Assembly (NCBI GenBank): GCA_044229235.1
Contig: JBGATH010000006.1
Location: 10,760-74,759 of the forward strand
Length of the DNA: 64,000 nt
Direction of reading: 5' to 3'
From: Usitatibacteraceae bacterium
GTDB lineage: Bacteria > Pseudomonadota > Gammaproteobacteria > Burkholderiales > Usitatibacteraceae
Position 1 is the stretch's first letter. Each line of letters starts with the position of its first letter. A model generated the notes under the pieces. The model was not told the origin of the DNA. It worked only from the letters and a program-made list of their open reading frames with translations, and did not search any database. Shown piece by piece: positions 39,625 through 48,750 of this stretch. A program made the position numbers and the translations under genes.

Positions 39625-40749
39625 CTAGCTTCGCAAGTCCCCGTTCTGCCGGATGACGGCGATGTCGACGAACTTGCCGCCGTGGCGAAAGCCGGGCTTG
39701 AAGTCGATGACGAAGCCGCCGACATCGGTGCGCCCCATGCCCGACAGCGCGCGTTGCAGCGACTCGCGGCCGACGTCCTTGCCGGCGCGGCGCATGCCCT
39801 CGGTCAGCACTTTGGCGGCCATGCAGGCTTCAATCGCCGTCACCGACATGGTGCCGGTCTGGCCAAAAGCGGCCCACGCTTCGACGCATTCCTTGACGAT
39901 CGGCACGCTGGTGGTTTTTGCCGTCGGCACGGTGAGCGCAACCGAGATGCCGGCCGCCTCCGCGCCCAATGCCTTCGCGATCTGACTGGCGCCGGCGAAT
40001 GACAGGCTGGTAACCATGTACTGCTTGTTGGCAGCCTTGAGCTTCTTAACCATTTGCGCGACCGGCGCATAAAGGGTGGTGACAACCAGAATCTGCGGAT
40101 CCGAGGCGATGACTTCCTGCACGCTGCTGTCGGCGAGTTCGACATTTCGCTTGATGGCAACGCTTACCGGCTTCTTGCCGAATTTCTCAAGCGACTTCGA
40201 CACCGTTTCAAAGTTCTGCTTTCCCACCGTGTCGTCGTAGTGCAACACCGTTACCCGCGTCGAACCCAGGCTGCCCCAGAAGTTGACGATTTTGTCGATT
40301 TCGTCGGCATAGGTGGCGCGTACGGTGTAGACGAATTCGTTCTGCTTGCGGATGGTGTCGGCGCCGGTGAATGGCCCGAAGAAGGGCACGTGATGCTGTT
40401 TCACCATGGGCATGGCCGGGATGCTGAGCGTGGAAGAAGCATAGCCAAACAGCGCAACGACACCGCTTTCCTCGACCAGCTTCCTGGTGTTTTCCGCCGC
40501 AGCCTTGGTGTCATTCTTGTCATCCAGCGTGAGCAACTTGATCTTCTGCCCGTTAACGCCACCGGCGTCATTGATTTTCTTGAAATACGCCAGCGCGCCG
40601 TTGCGGATGTCGTTGCCCAGATCCGCATTGCCACCGGAAAGCGGCGCCGACTGCCCGATCAAAATCTCGGCTGCGCCCGCAGGGCATGCAGCGAAAAACA
40701 GGGCCAACCATGTGGCAAGCATGTTGGCGTGCAGGACTGACTTGAACAT
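39625..40749 (-). CDS. ABC-transporter periplasmic substrate-binding protein (branched-chain amino acid / LivK-type)
   Basis: Signal peptide; IGQSAPLSGGNADLGNDIRNGALAYFKKINDAGGVNGQKIKL.. typical of Peripla_BP_6. No cognate permease genes are adjacent. Confidence 0.8.
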   Translation of the reverse strand: MFKSVLHANMLATWLALFFAACPAGAAEILIGQSAPLSGGNADLGNDIRNGALAYFKKINDAGGVNGQKIKLLTLDDKNDTKAAAENTRKLVEESGVVALFGYASSTLSIPAMPMVKQHHVPFFGPFTGADTIRKQNEFVYTVRATYADEIDKIVNFWGSLGSTRVTVLHYDDTVGKQNFETVSKSLEKFGKKPVSVAIKRNVELADSSVQEVIASDPQILVVTTLYAPVAQMVKKLKAANKQYMVTSLSFAGASQIAKALGAEAAGISVALTVPTAKTTSVPIVKECVEAWAAFGQTGTMSVTAIEACMAAKVLTEGMRRAGKDVGRESLQRALSGMGRTDVGGFVIDFKPGFRHGGKFVDIAVIRQNGDLRS

Positions 40750-40886
40750 GGCAACCTCGCAAGGGAATTGCTAACACTGCAGGCCAGGCTAGGCCGCAGA
40801 CGTTCAGATCAGCTTACAACTTGGCAGCGAGATTTGCCAGACGTTAAGGCCACATTTATTAACGGCGCCTGCTTTGACCGCAGTTC

Positions 40887-41645
40887 TCAGGCGTCGCCGG
40901 GTGGCGTTGCCGAAGGAGGAGGCTCGGCCGCGGCGCGCTCCTCGGCGAACACGTGGCGGTAGCTGGTGTAGTTGCTGATTGCGTACACGGGCAGCCATAC
41001 CAGCAGCCCGAGTGCCCAGGGCAGGATTGCCACCAGCAGTGCCGCGAACAGCAGGATGGCGAACACCACCATCGGCACCAGATTCCCGACCAGCGCATAA
41101 AAGCTCCAGCGAATGGCGTGCGTTGGCGGCATGGGATTGAATGCGAGCAGAGGCGTGGCAAACCACACGACCGCGTTGATGATCATCATCAGCAACAGCG
41201 CCAGGGTGAACACGCCGATATTGCCCGTCAGCATGGCGGCGAACGCCTGCGCGTCGATTGTGCCGTTGGCATTGGTGGCGATTTCCCCGGGAAAATCGAG
41301 CGCGCCGAGGAGCAGCACCACGACGGTGTTGGCCAGCAGCACGATTGCGCCGAGCGAGATCAGCGCCCTGCCGTTCAAGCGTAACGCGGCGAACAGGAAG
41401 CTCATGTTGAGCGGTCGCCCCGCGTCCTGTTCGCGGGCGGCCAGCATCATGCCGGCGAACAGTGCCGGCTGCAGCATGGTGGCAATCGGTGCGCCGATTA
41501 CCGGGATGATCTTGTAGAGGCCAAGCGTCAACAGGATCCAGGACGAGGTCAGCCCGATCCATGCCACCGGCTGTGCTTTGAAGAGCAGGAAGGCCTGTTT
41601 GATCCAGACCATGCCTGCCCCGGCGCTTTGATCGACGACGCGCAT
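40887..41645 (-). CDS. polytopic membrane protein (BPSS1780/DUF2189-like, tentative)
   Basis: 252 aa with about 5-6 TM helices, starts 3 nt after the thrB stop, GGAGG upstream. Family name is from memory only. Confidence 0.6.
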   Translation of the reverse strand: MRVVDQSAGAGMVWIKQAFLLFKAQPVAWIGLTSSWILLTLGLYKIIPVIGAPIATMLQPALFAGMMLAAREQDAGRPLNMSFLFAALRLNGRALISLGAIVLLANTVVVLLLGALDFPGEIATNANGTIDAQAFAAMLTGNIGVFTLALLLMMIINAVVWFATPLLAFNPMPPTHAIRWSFYALVGNLVPMVVFAILLFAALLVAILPWALGLLVWLPVYAISNYTSYRHVFAEERAAAEPPPSATPPGDA

Positions 41646-41648
41646 GGC

Positions 41649-42638
41649 TCAGTCGCCTCCCGCATTCTGGCGTATCGACGCCAAATGCCCGGCTGCGTTG
41701 GCGATGTGATGGCGCAACAGGCGCTCGGTAAACGGGTGATCCTTGGGGTGGGTGAGCTCCGAGTCGCGCGGGAAATGGTGGTAGCCCAGCCGTCCAAGCC
41801 AGGTGCGCAGGGCCGCCGCGCGCAACATCTGTGGCCAGGCAGCACACTCGGCCTCGGTGAACGGCCGTACCGAGGCATAGCCCTTGAGCAGCGCCGCGGT
41901 GTTGGCCGCATGCAAGGCAGCCTCGGGGTAGCGTGCGAAATCGAGGCACCAGTCGTTCACGGTAACGGCCACATCGAACAGCAGCTGCTCGTCGCAGGCG
42001 AAATAGAAGTCGATCATCTGTGGCGTGTGATGCGTGCCGTGGTCGTCCCACAGGATGTTGTCGCGAAACAGGTCGCCGTGCACCACGCCGCGCGGCAGGC
42101 CGAGCGCATCAAAGCCGGCCTGGAAAAGCAGTTCGTCCGCCAGCAAGGCAGATTCGCTGACCGAAAGATGCCGCTTCAATTCTGCCGCATAGCTTTTCCA
42201 CCAGTCGAGCCCGCGCCAGTTGGGCATGTGCAGCGTAAACGACTGTGCTGCGGCGTGCATGCGCGCGAGTGCCGCACCCACGGCGAAGCAGTCGGCTGGT
42301 GTCGGATGGGCGATGTCGTTGCCCGCGAGGCGTGTGACCAGTGCTGCCGGCTTGCCGTGCAACTCGAACAGGACGCGCCCGCCAGCGGCTGCCACCGGTG
42401 CCGCGCACGCCACGCCGTGCGCATGCAGATGGGTCATCAGGCCCATGTAGAAATCCAGATCCTTTCGCGGAATCTTTTCGAAAATGGTCAGGACGTAACG
42501 ACCCTGGGTGGTGGTGACGAAGAAATTCGAATTCTCCACGCCCGCTGCAATGTTCTGGAAGTCGATGATGTCGCCGACGTGATACGGCGCCACGAAGGCG
42601 CGGGCTTCATCGACGGTGACAGGGGTAAAAACACTCAT
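41649..42638 (-). CDS. thrB: homoserine kinase (APH-fold, Pseudomonas type)
   Basis: MSVFTPVTVDEARAFVAPYHVGDIIDFQNIAAGVENSNFFVTT..GRYVLTIFE and the catalytic ..VHGDLFRDNIL. Confidence 0.85.
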   Translation of the reverse strand: MSVFTPVTVDEARAFVAPYHVGDIIDFQNIAAGVENSNFFVTTTQGRYVLTIFEKIPRKDLDFYMGLMTHLHAHGVACAAPVAAAGGRVLFELHGKPAALVTRLAGNDIAHPTPADCFAVGAALARMHAAAQSFTLHMPNWRGLDWWKSYAAELKRHLSVSESALLADELLFQAGFDALGLPRGVVHGDLFRDNILWDDHGTHHTPQMIDFYFACDEQLLFDVAVTVNDWCLDFARYPEAALHAANTAALLKGYASVRPFTEAECAAWPQMLRAAALRTWLGRLGYHHFPRDSELTHPKDHPFTERLLRHHIANAAGHLASIRQNAGGD

Positions 42639-42766
42639 GGCGGCGCAGTCCCGCGGGGCGGGCGTCGTGGAAAAGGGGGCGTTGCGTTGAACCTCGCGCG
42701 ACCCCGCGCTGGCGGGTACTTGGCGCGTATGAACAGAATGCGGATGGCGAGCTTACCGCAATCAGT

Positions 42767-43135
42767 TTACTTCCACTCGATCAGCACCCACATCGGCACC
42801 GCGTACTTCAGGTCCGGGCCATCCATGCGGGTGAATTTGCCATCGCCCTTTTCGTCGATCAGCGTGTACGCCGGGCCTTTAGCGGGTCGCACGTACTGCT
42901 TGTACAGCTTGCCCTTTACGCGGTGTTCTTCGATGGTGTCGTCGCCGACCTTGCGCACTGTCACTTCCGGCACGCGCACCGTGTCCTTGGGCAGGGCCTG
43001 GCCGCTTTTCACCTTTGCCGGCGAGGCGACGGTATCCACCACTTCCGTACCCTTGGGCTTCGGACGTTCCGGGCTTTGTGCGGCGGCATCAAAGGCAAAT
43101 GTGGCAATGGTGGCGAGGATGATCAGCGAGCGCAT
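42767..43135 (-). CDS. DUF2782-like secreted protein
   Basis: Signal peptide; ..IEEHRVKGKLYKQYVRPAKGPAYTLID.. Sits between thrB and polA, as in pseudomonads. Confidence 0.65.
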   Translation of the reverse strand: MRSLIILATIATFAFDAAAQSPERPKPKGTEVVDTVASPAKVKSGQALPKDTVRVPEVTVRKVGDDTIEEHRVKGKLYKQYVRPAKGPAYTLIDEKGDGKFTRMDGPDLKYAVPMWVLIEWK

Positions 43136-43190
43136 GGTGGAGCTTTCAAGAGAGTTGACGGCGGTGCGAAGTGTGGCGCGCGAGGGAACG

Positions 43191-43988
43191 CTAGAGACTC
43201 ATCTCCAGCGCCTTCTCGCCCTCGTTGGGCATGAAGCTGCGATTAGCATAATGTTCGAATATCGCATCGACGACACCTTGCGGATCGTCAATGACCTTGA
43301 AGATATCCACGTCGGACGCGTTGATGACTTTTTCGTTCACCAGCGTGGTCTTGAACCAGTCCACCAGGCCTTTCCAGAATTCGCTGCCGACGAGGATCAC
43401 CGGAATCTTTCTGATCTTGCCGGTCTGGATCAGCGTCAGTGCCTCGGTAAGTTCATCCAGCGTACCGAAGCCGCCGGGCATCACCACGTAAGCGCCGGCG
43501 TGCTTTACGAACATCACCTTGCGCGCGAAGAAGTGCTGGAACGTCAGCGACACGTCCTGGAAGCCGTTGCCGCCCTGCTCAAACGGCAACAGGATGTTGA
43601 GTCCCACACTGGGACTCTTGCCGGACGACGCGCCCTTGTTGGCCGCTTCCATGATGCCGGGGCCGCCGCCGGAGACCACCGAAAAGCCCGAGTTGGAAAG
43701 CTTCAGCGCGATTTCCTCGGTGAGGGCGTAATACGGGTGGCCTTCCTTGAGGCGCGCGCTGCCGAAGATGGCCACCGCCGGCGCCACCGCGGTCAGGCGG
43801 TCAGCCGCCGTAACCATTTCAGCGATAATGTTGAACATCCACCACGAGTCGCGCGCCGCCGTCAGCGACTGCTTTTGCAACTCGGGATCCGCCATCTGCG
43901 GAATCTTCGGCCCCGGCGACTTGCCGAAGGCGCTACCGGTCTTCAGTTCGACCAGCTTTTCTTTCTTTTCCATACCCAGAACAGGCAC
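43191..43988 (-). CDS. LOG-family nucleotide 5'-monophosphate nucleosidase (TIGR00730)
   Basis: GGGPGIMEAAN and PGGFGTLDELTEAL motifs. Start is ATG 43988 or 43973. Confidence 0.85.
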   Translation of the reverse strand: MPVLGMEKKEKLVELKTGSAFGKSPGPKIPQMADPELQKQSLTAARDSWWMFNIIAEMVTAADRLTAVAPAVAIFGSARLKEGHPYYALTEEIALKLSNSGFSVVSGGGPGIMEAANKGASSGKSPSVGLNILLPFEQGGNGFQDVSLTFQHFFARKVMFVKHAGAYVVMPGGFGTLDELTEALTLIQTGKIRKIPVILVGSEFWKGLVDWFKTTLVNEKVINASDVDIFKVIDDPQGVVDAIFEHYANRSFMPNEGEKALEMSL

Positions 43989-43996
43989 TTTCTCGC

Positions 43997-46894
43997 ATGA
44001 GCACTGCCGAAAACACCAGCCAGCGTCCGCGTTTGTTGCTCGTCGATATTTCGAGCTATTTCTATCGCGCGTTTCACGCCATGCCGGACTTCCGTTCCCC
44101 GGCGGGCGAGCCCACCGGCGCGATCTTCGGCGTGGCCAATATGCTCAACAAATTGCGTGAGGAATATCCGGCCGATTATAGCGCCTGCGTTTTTGACCCC
44201 CGGGGCAAAACCTTTCGCGACGACATCTATCCCGAGTACAAAGCCAACCGCGAAAAAATGCCCGAGGAGCTGGCCCACCAGATCGGCCACATCCGCGAAG
44301 TGGCGGAGGCATTGGGCTGGCCGTGCATCGAGGTGGCCGGCATGGAAGCCGACGACGTCATCGGCACGCTCACGAAACACGCCGTGTCGCGCGGTGTGGA
44401 AACCATCATCTCCACCGGCGACAAGGACCTTGCACAGCTCGTCGAGGAGGGCGTGCTCTGGTACAACACCATGTCCAACGAAAAGCTGGGCGTGCAAGGC
44501 ATCACCGAAAAATTCGGCGTACCGCCCAATCGCATCATCGATTACCTGGCGCTGATGGGCGATACCGTGGACAACGTTCCCGGCGTGGAAAAGGTTGGTC
44601 CGAAGACCGCGGCCAAGTGGATTGCCGAGTACGGCTCGCTCGACAACATCATCGCCAACGCGCCCAACATCAAGGGTGTAGTCGGCGAGAACCTGCGCAA
44701 AGCGCTGGACTGGTTGCCTACCGGCCGCACGCTGGTCACGGTGAAGTGCGACGTGCCGCTGCCGTTCGATTTCGACACCATCGATCACAAGGCGCGTGAC
44801 ATCGCGCGGCTTGACAAGCTGTACGAGCACTTCGGCTTCAGGGGCATGCGCGCGGCCTTGCACAAGGGCGCGGGGCCGGTGGCCGAGTCTGCGGGCGACG
44901 GCTTGTTCAAGCAGGCGGCGAAGGACTCGAATGCGTCGCGGTGGTCGGCGGGTCAAATCCCTCCCGGCCTCCCTTTAGGAAAGGGAGGAGCGGATTCGGA
45001 ACACGCAAGCGCCTCGCAGGCTGGATCCCCCCCCTTTCCTAAAGGGGGGCCGGGGGGGATTTACCCTGCCCACACCTTCAACGCCACCCGCAACTACGAA
45101 TGCATCCTCACCGACGCGCAGCTCGATGCGTGGATTGCCAAGCTCAACGCCACCGAACTCGTCGCCCTCGACACCGAAACCACCAGCCTCGACCCGATGA
45201 GCGCGCGAATCGTCGGCCTTTCCTTTGCCTGTGTGGCCGGTGAAGCAGCCTATCTGCCGCTGAACCACATCTACCCCGGCGCACCCGATCAGCTGAACTT
45301 CGACACCTGCATCGCCAGGCTGCGCCCATGGCTGGAAGACGGTAGCAAAAAGAAGCTCGGCCAGAACATCAAGTACGACCTCCACGTATTCGCCAACCAC
45401 GGCATTCGGATTCAAGGTTACCAGCACGACACCCTGCTGCAGTCGTACGTGCTGGAAAGCCACCACCGCCACGACATGACCTCGCTGGCCACGCGTCATC
45501 TCAACGCCACCGACACCATCGCGTTTGAGGACGTCGCCGGCAAGGGCGCGTCGCAGATCAGTTTTGATCAGGTCTCCATTGAGGTCGCCACTAAATATTC
45601 GGCCGAGGACTCCGACGTCACGCTTCAGCTGCACGAAGCGCTGTATCCGCAAGTCGCGGGCGATGACAAGCTGAAGTTTGTGTACGAGAACATCGAAATG
45701 CCGACCACGCATGTGCTCCTGACCATCGAGCGCAACGGCGTGCTGATCGATGCGGCGCTGCTGGACAAGCAAAGCGGCGAACTCGGCCAGAAGATGCTGG
45801 AGCTGGAAACGAAAGCGCATGAACTCGCCGGCCAGCCTTTCAACCTCGGCTCGCCCAAGCAGCTGGGCGAAATTTTCTTCGACCGCATGAAGCTGCCGGT
45901 CATCAAGAAAACGCCGGGTGGCGCACCCAGCACGGACGAGGAAGTGCTGACCAAGCTAGCCGAGGACTACCCGCTGCCCAAGACCATTCTCGAATACCGC
46001 AGCGTGTCGAAGTTGAAGAGCACCTACACCGACAAGCTGCCGAAGATGGTGAACGCGAAAACCGGGCGCGTTCACACCAACTACGGGCAGGCCGTGGCCG
46101 TCACCGGCCGCCTGTCGTCCAACGACCCGAACCTGCAAAACATCCCGGTGCGCACAGCCGAGGGCCGCCGCATCCGTGAGGCCTTCATCGCGCCGCCCGG
46201 CAGCGTGATTGTGTCGGCCGACTACTCGCAGATCGAACTGCGCATCATGGCGCACCTCTCCGGCGACAAAGGGCTGCTCACCGCCTTTGCCGAAGGCCGC
46301 GACGTGCATCAGGCCACCGCCGCCGAAGTGTTCGGCGTTGCATTGCCGGACGTCACCAGCGAGCAACGGCGCTACGCCAAGGTGATCAACTTCGGCCTTA
46401 TTTACGGCATGAGCGCCTTCGGCCTCGCGAGCAACCTCGGCATTGAGCGCGCCGCGGCAGCGAGCTACATCGACCGCTACTTCGCGCGCTACCCCGGCGT
46501 GAAAGCCTACATGGACCGCACCCGCACCGAGGCGCATGAAAACGGCTACGTCGAAACCGTGTTCGGCCGCCGCCTGTGGCTGCCCGACATCAAGAGCGGC
46601 AACCAGGGCCGCCGCCAGGGGGCAGAGCGCGCAGCCATCAATGCCCCCATGCAAGGCACCGCCGCCGATCTCATCAAGCTCGCCATGATCGCCGTGCAGG
46701 GCTGGTTGGAAACCGAAAAGCTCGCCACGCGCATGATCATGCAGGTGCACGACGAACTGGTGTTGGAAGTGCCGGAATCAGAACTCGACCGCGTGAAGGC
46801 AAAGGTGCCGGAACTGATGGCCGGCGTGGCGAAGCTGGACGTGCCGCTGGTGGCGGAGCCGGGGGTGGGGAGGAATTGGGAGGAGGCGCACTAG
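43997..46894 (+). CDS. polA: DNA polymerase I
   Basis: 5'-nuclease N-terminus (LLLVDISSYFYRAFHA), 3'-5' exo motif ALDTETTSLD, polymerase motifs DYSQIELRIMAH, RRYAKVINFGLIYG, QVHDEL. Confidence 0.95.
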   Translation: MSTAENTSQRPRLLLVDISSYFYRAFHAMPDFRSPAGEPTGAIFGVANMLNKLREEYPADYSACVFDPRGKTFRDDIYPEYKANREKMPEELAHQIGHIREVAEALGWPCIEVAGMEADDVIGTLTKHAVSRGVETIISTGDKDLAQLVEEGVLWYNTMSNEKLGVQGITEKFGVPPNRIIDYLALMGDTVDNVPGVEKVGPKTAAKWIAEYGSLDNIIANAPNIKGVVGENLRKALDWLPTGRTLVTVKCDVPLPFDFDTIDHKARDIARLDKLYEHFGFRGMRAALHKGAGPVAESAGDGLFKQAAKDSNASRWSAGQIPPGLPLGKGGADSEHASASQAGSPPFPKGGPGGIYPAHTFNATRNYECILTDAQLDAWIAKLNATELVALDTETTSLDPMSARIVGLSFACVAGEAAYLPLNHIYPGAPDQLNFDTCIARLRPWLEDGSKKKLGQNIKYDLHVFANHGIRIQGYQHDTLLQSYVLESHHRHDMTSLATRHLNATDTIAFEDVAGKGASQISFDQVSIEVATKYSAEDSDVTLQLHEALYPQVAGDDKLKFVYENIEMPTTHVLLTIERNGVLIDAALLDKQSGELGQKMLELETKAHELAGQPFNLGSPKQLGEIFFDRMKLPVIKKTPGGAPSTDEEVLTKLAEDYPLPKTILEYRSVSKLKSTYTDKLPKMVNAKTGRVHTNYGQAVAVTGRLSSNDPNLQNIPVRTAEGRRIREAFIAPPGSVIVSADYSQIELRIMAHLSGDKGLLTAFAEGRDVHQATAAEVFGVALPDVTSEQRRYAKVINFGLIYGMSAFGLASNLGIERAAAASYIDRYFARYPGVKAYMDRTRTEAHENGYVETVFGRRLWLPDIKSGNQGRRQGAERAAINAPMQGTAADLIKLAMIAVQGWLETEKLATRMIMQVHDELVLEVPESELDRVKAKVPELMAGVAKLDVPLVAEPGVGRNWEEAH
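44955..45062. repeat. 108-bp nested palindromic (MITE/RPE-like) element inside the polA reading frame
   Basis: 34-nt terminal inverted repeats AAATCCCTCCCGGCCTCCCTTTAGGAAAGGGAGG / CCCCCCTTTCCTAAAGGGGGGCCGGGGGGGATTT (31/34 complementary). Each arm contains its own 9-bp hairpin. Length is 36 codons. Confidence 0.8.
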
Positions 46895-47154
46895 TTCGTC
46901 GGCGAATTACAAGCGCACGACAAAAGGCGATTCATGCCACGGGCGGCGGCCGTACAAATTGATTTTCGACCTTTGGCGCCTCACTCATGCGGTTATGCTT
47001 TGTTCGCCAACTCCTTGCTTGGTGTATGGGGCGAGCGCTGGAAGCGCGGTAGTCAGATCTGGTCTGGGGCGGAATTGCGAGTACACGCGCCCATCGACGA
47101 TCAGAGTTCAAGTTATCCATTTTCAATGCGAATTGAAGTCCAAGGAGGGGCAAA

Positions 47155-47691
47155 ATGAACGTTCCTTTGCTTATGGGTGGAATCGTTGCAGTTTTGGTGA
47201 TAACGCCTGCCAAAGGCCAAGAACTCGACATAAAGGGAATTAAGCTCGGGATGACGATGGATCAAGTGGCTACCTTGCACGTTGATTTTCGATGTCCCCC
47301 TATAGAACTGTGCATGATCCCAGGCAAACATGCAGTTGCGTCGATGCGAACTTTTGCGGATAGCTCCGTGGAAAAATGGGTTCTAGACTTTCGCGATGGC
47401 GGAAAATTGGGAGCAATAAGCGTCTACCTTGATTCGGCCGTAGCAACAAAGGCGATGCAGGCGCTTACGGAGAAATTTGGTAAGGCTGAAAAAACCGACG
47501 AGACAGAGTTCAAGACTCAGGGCGGCCTGAGGGCCAAGCAGGTCACAATGACTTGGGGAAGACCCGAAGCGTTTCTACAGGTGAAGTCGCCATACGGGAA
47601 TATTCGAGAAATGGTAGTGCGTCTTTCTTCCACCAGTTTTCTAGAGTCAAGAAACAAGTCGGCTGTGGGTAAAGCAAAGAGTGATCTCTAA
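47155..47691 (+). CDS. orphan secreted/anchored protein on an AT-richer islet
   Basis: AAGGAGG SD. N-terminal hydrophobic segment LLMGGIVAVLVITPAKG. Codon usage is visibly A/T3-rich, unlike the neighbours. No family recognised. Confidence 0.6.
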   Translation: MNVPLLMGGIVAVLVITPAKGQELDIKGIKLGMTMDQVATLHVDFRCPPIELCMIPGKHAVASMRTFADSSVEKWVLDFRDGGKLGAISVYLDSAVATKAMQALTEKFGKAEKTDETEFKTQGGLRAKQVTMTWGRPEAFLQVKSPYGNIREMVVRLSSTSFLESRNKSAVGKAKSDL

Positions 47692-47774
47692 TCTAACGAG
47701 GTATTGTGCTCACCGGGCAGTTCGATGGATCCGACCGCAATGATTTCTTTCAGAAACTGACTTCATGACGTGGC

Positions 47775-47806
47775 AACGGCGGACTTTGGTCCGCCGTTTT
47801 TCTTTT
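47775..47806 (+). terminator. rho-independent terminator
   Basis: AACGGCGGAC-TTTG-GTCCGCCGTT followed by TTTCTTTT. Confidence 0.75.
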
Positions 47807-47882
47807 GCGTGTCGTTGCCCGCTTTTCTGACGCAGCGCGCAGTCAGCGTGTCTCCTTTGCCTTTCTGGATTCACGCGATGAG

Positions 47883-47950
47883 CAAACTCAAGCACTGGCG
47901 CGGTGTCTGGCGGCTTTTCAGCCCGAAAGCCGCGCCAGTGCTGGAGTTTG
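47883..47950. repeat. REP-like palindromic element, copy C
   Basis: CAAACTCAAGCACTGGCGCGG...CCGCGCCAGTGCTGGAGTTTG with inner stem GCGGCTTT/AAAGCCGC. Confidence 0.8.
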
Positions 47951-48078
47951 GCATTTTTTAGCTCAGGCGTTAAGCGTGGGCGACGGTGAACGATGGCAGC
48001 ACCGGGTCGGGCACCAAGGCCGCGATGACGGCGTGCGGGGCGCAGCGGGTGCCGCGGGTTTGGCTTGCGCCCGGTGCA

Positions 48079-48528
48079 CTACTGATCCGGAATGTCCGGT
48101 TCCACCAATTGGGCGAGTTGCGTCAGTGACTCCTGCCAGCCGAGGTAACACATCTCGGTCGGAATCATCGCCGGGATGCCCGACTGCACCACGCTGAGCT
48201 CGGTGCCGCACAGCACTGCTCGCAGTGTCACCGCGCATTCCATGGCGCCGGGCAGGTTGGGATCGTCGAAACGGTCGGTGTAGCGGATCTTTTCATTGGG
48301 CACCAGCTCGAGATACTCGCCGCCAAACGAATGACCGTTGCCGGTGGTGAAGTTGGTGAACGCCATCTTGAACGTGCCCCCCACCTTCGCGTCGATGTGA
48401 TGAACGGTGCAGGTGAAGCCGAAGGGCGGCAGCCATTTGGCAAGCGCCGCGGCGTCCAGAAAGGCGCGATAGACGCGTTCCGGTTTGGCGCGCAATACGC
48501 GGTGCAACCGCACTGTTCCTGTTGTCAT
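48079..48528 (-). CDS. SRPBCC (AHSA1/START-like) domain protein
   Basis: AGGAGG SD before ATG 48528. VRLHRVLRAKPERVYRAFLDAAALAKWLPP.. is typical of Aha1-like SRPBCC proteins. The upstream 115 codons of the ORF are rejected. Confidence 0.8.
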   Translation of the reverse strand: MTTGTVRLHRVLRAKPERVYRAFLDAAALAKWLPPFGFTCTVHHIDAKVGGTFKMAFTNFTTGNGHSFGGEYLELVPNEKIRYTDRFDDPNLPGAMECAVTLRAVLCGTELSVVQSGIPAMIPTEMCYLGWQESLTQLAQLVEPDIPDQ

Positions 48529-48750
48529 GAATCGTTCCTCCTGTGGTGTTCGCGGCATCAATCTGGCCAAGGTGTGGCCCGACTGCCCCACGACTCGAAG
48601 TAGCACTCTACGCATAACCGCAGGGTTTGTATCGCCACCCGCCCGTAAGACTCCGCACCTGCGCATCGGGTCGGACGCACCTGCCGGCGGGCAACTGCAG
48701 GGCCGGCGCAAATCGCCTAGACTCAGCGCTCGAACTTCAGGAGGCCGCCA

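Noticed and set aside
40804-42051. 415-aa minus-strand ORF overlapping the membrane-protein gene and thrB in another frame
   Set aside because: It is out of frame with two well-supported genes on the same strand. The composition is extremely rich in Arg/Gly/Pro/His, and there is no SD or motif.
41628-44000. 790-aa plus-strand ORF, the longest unexplained ORF in the track
   Set aside because: It runs antisense to thrB, the DUF2782-like gene and the LOG gene, all of which have clear family motifs. Its product is Arg/Gly/His/Ala-rich with no motifs. This is a typical GC-rich shadow ORF.
43943-44956. 337-aa ORF antisense to the polA 5' region, plus 44975-45820 and 45956-46750
   Set aside because: Shadow ORFs opposite polA with an Arg/His/Gly/Val-rich composition.
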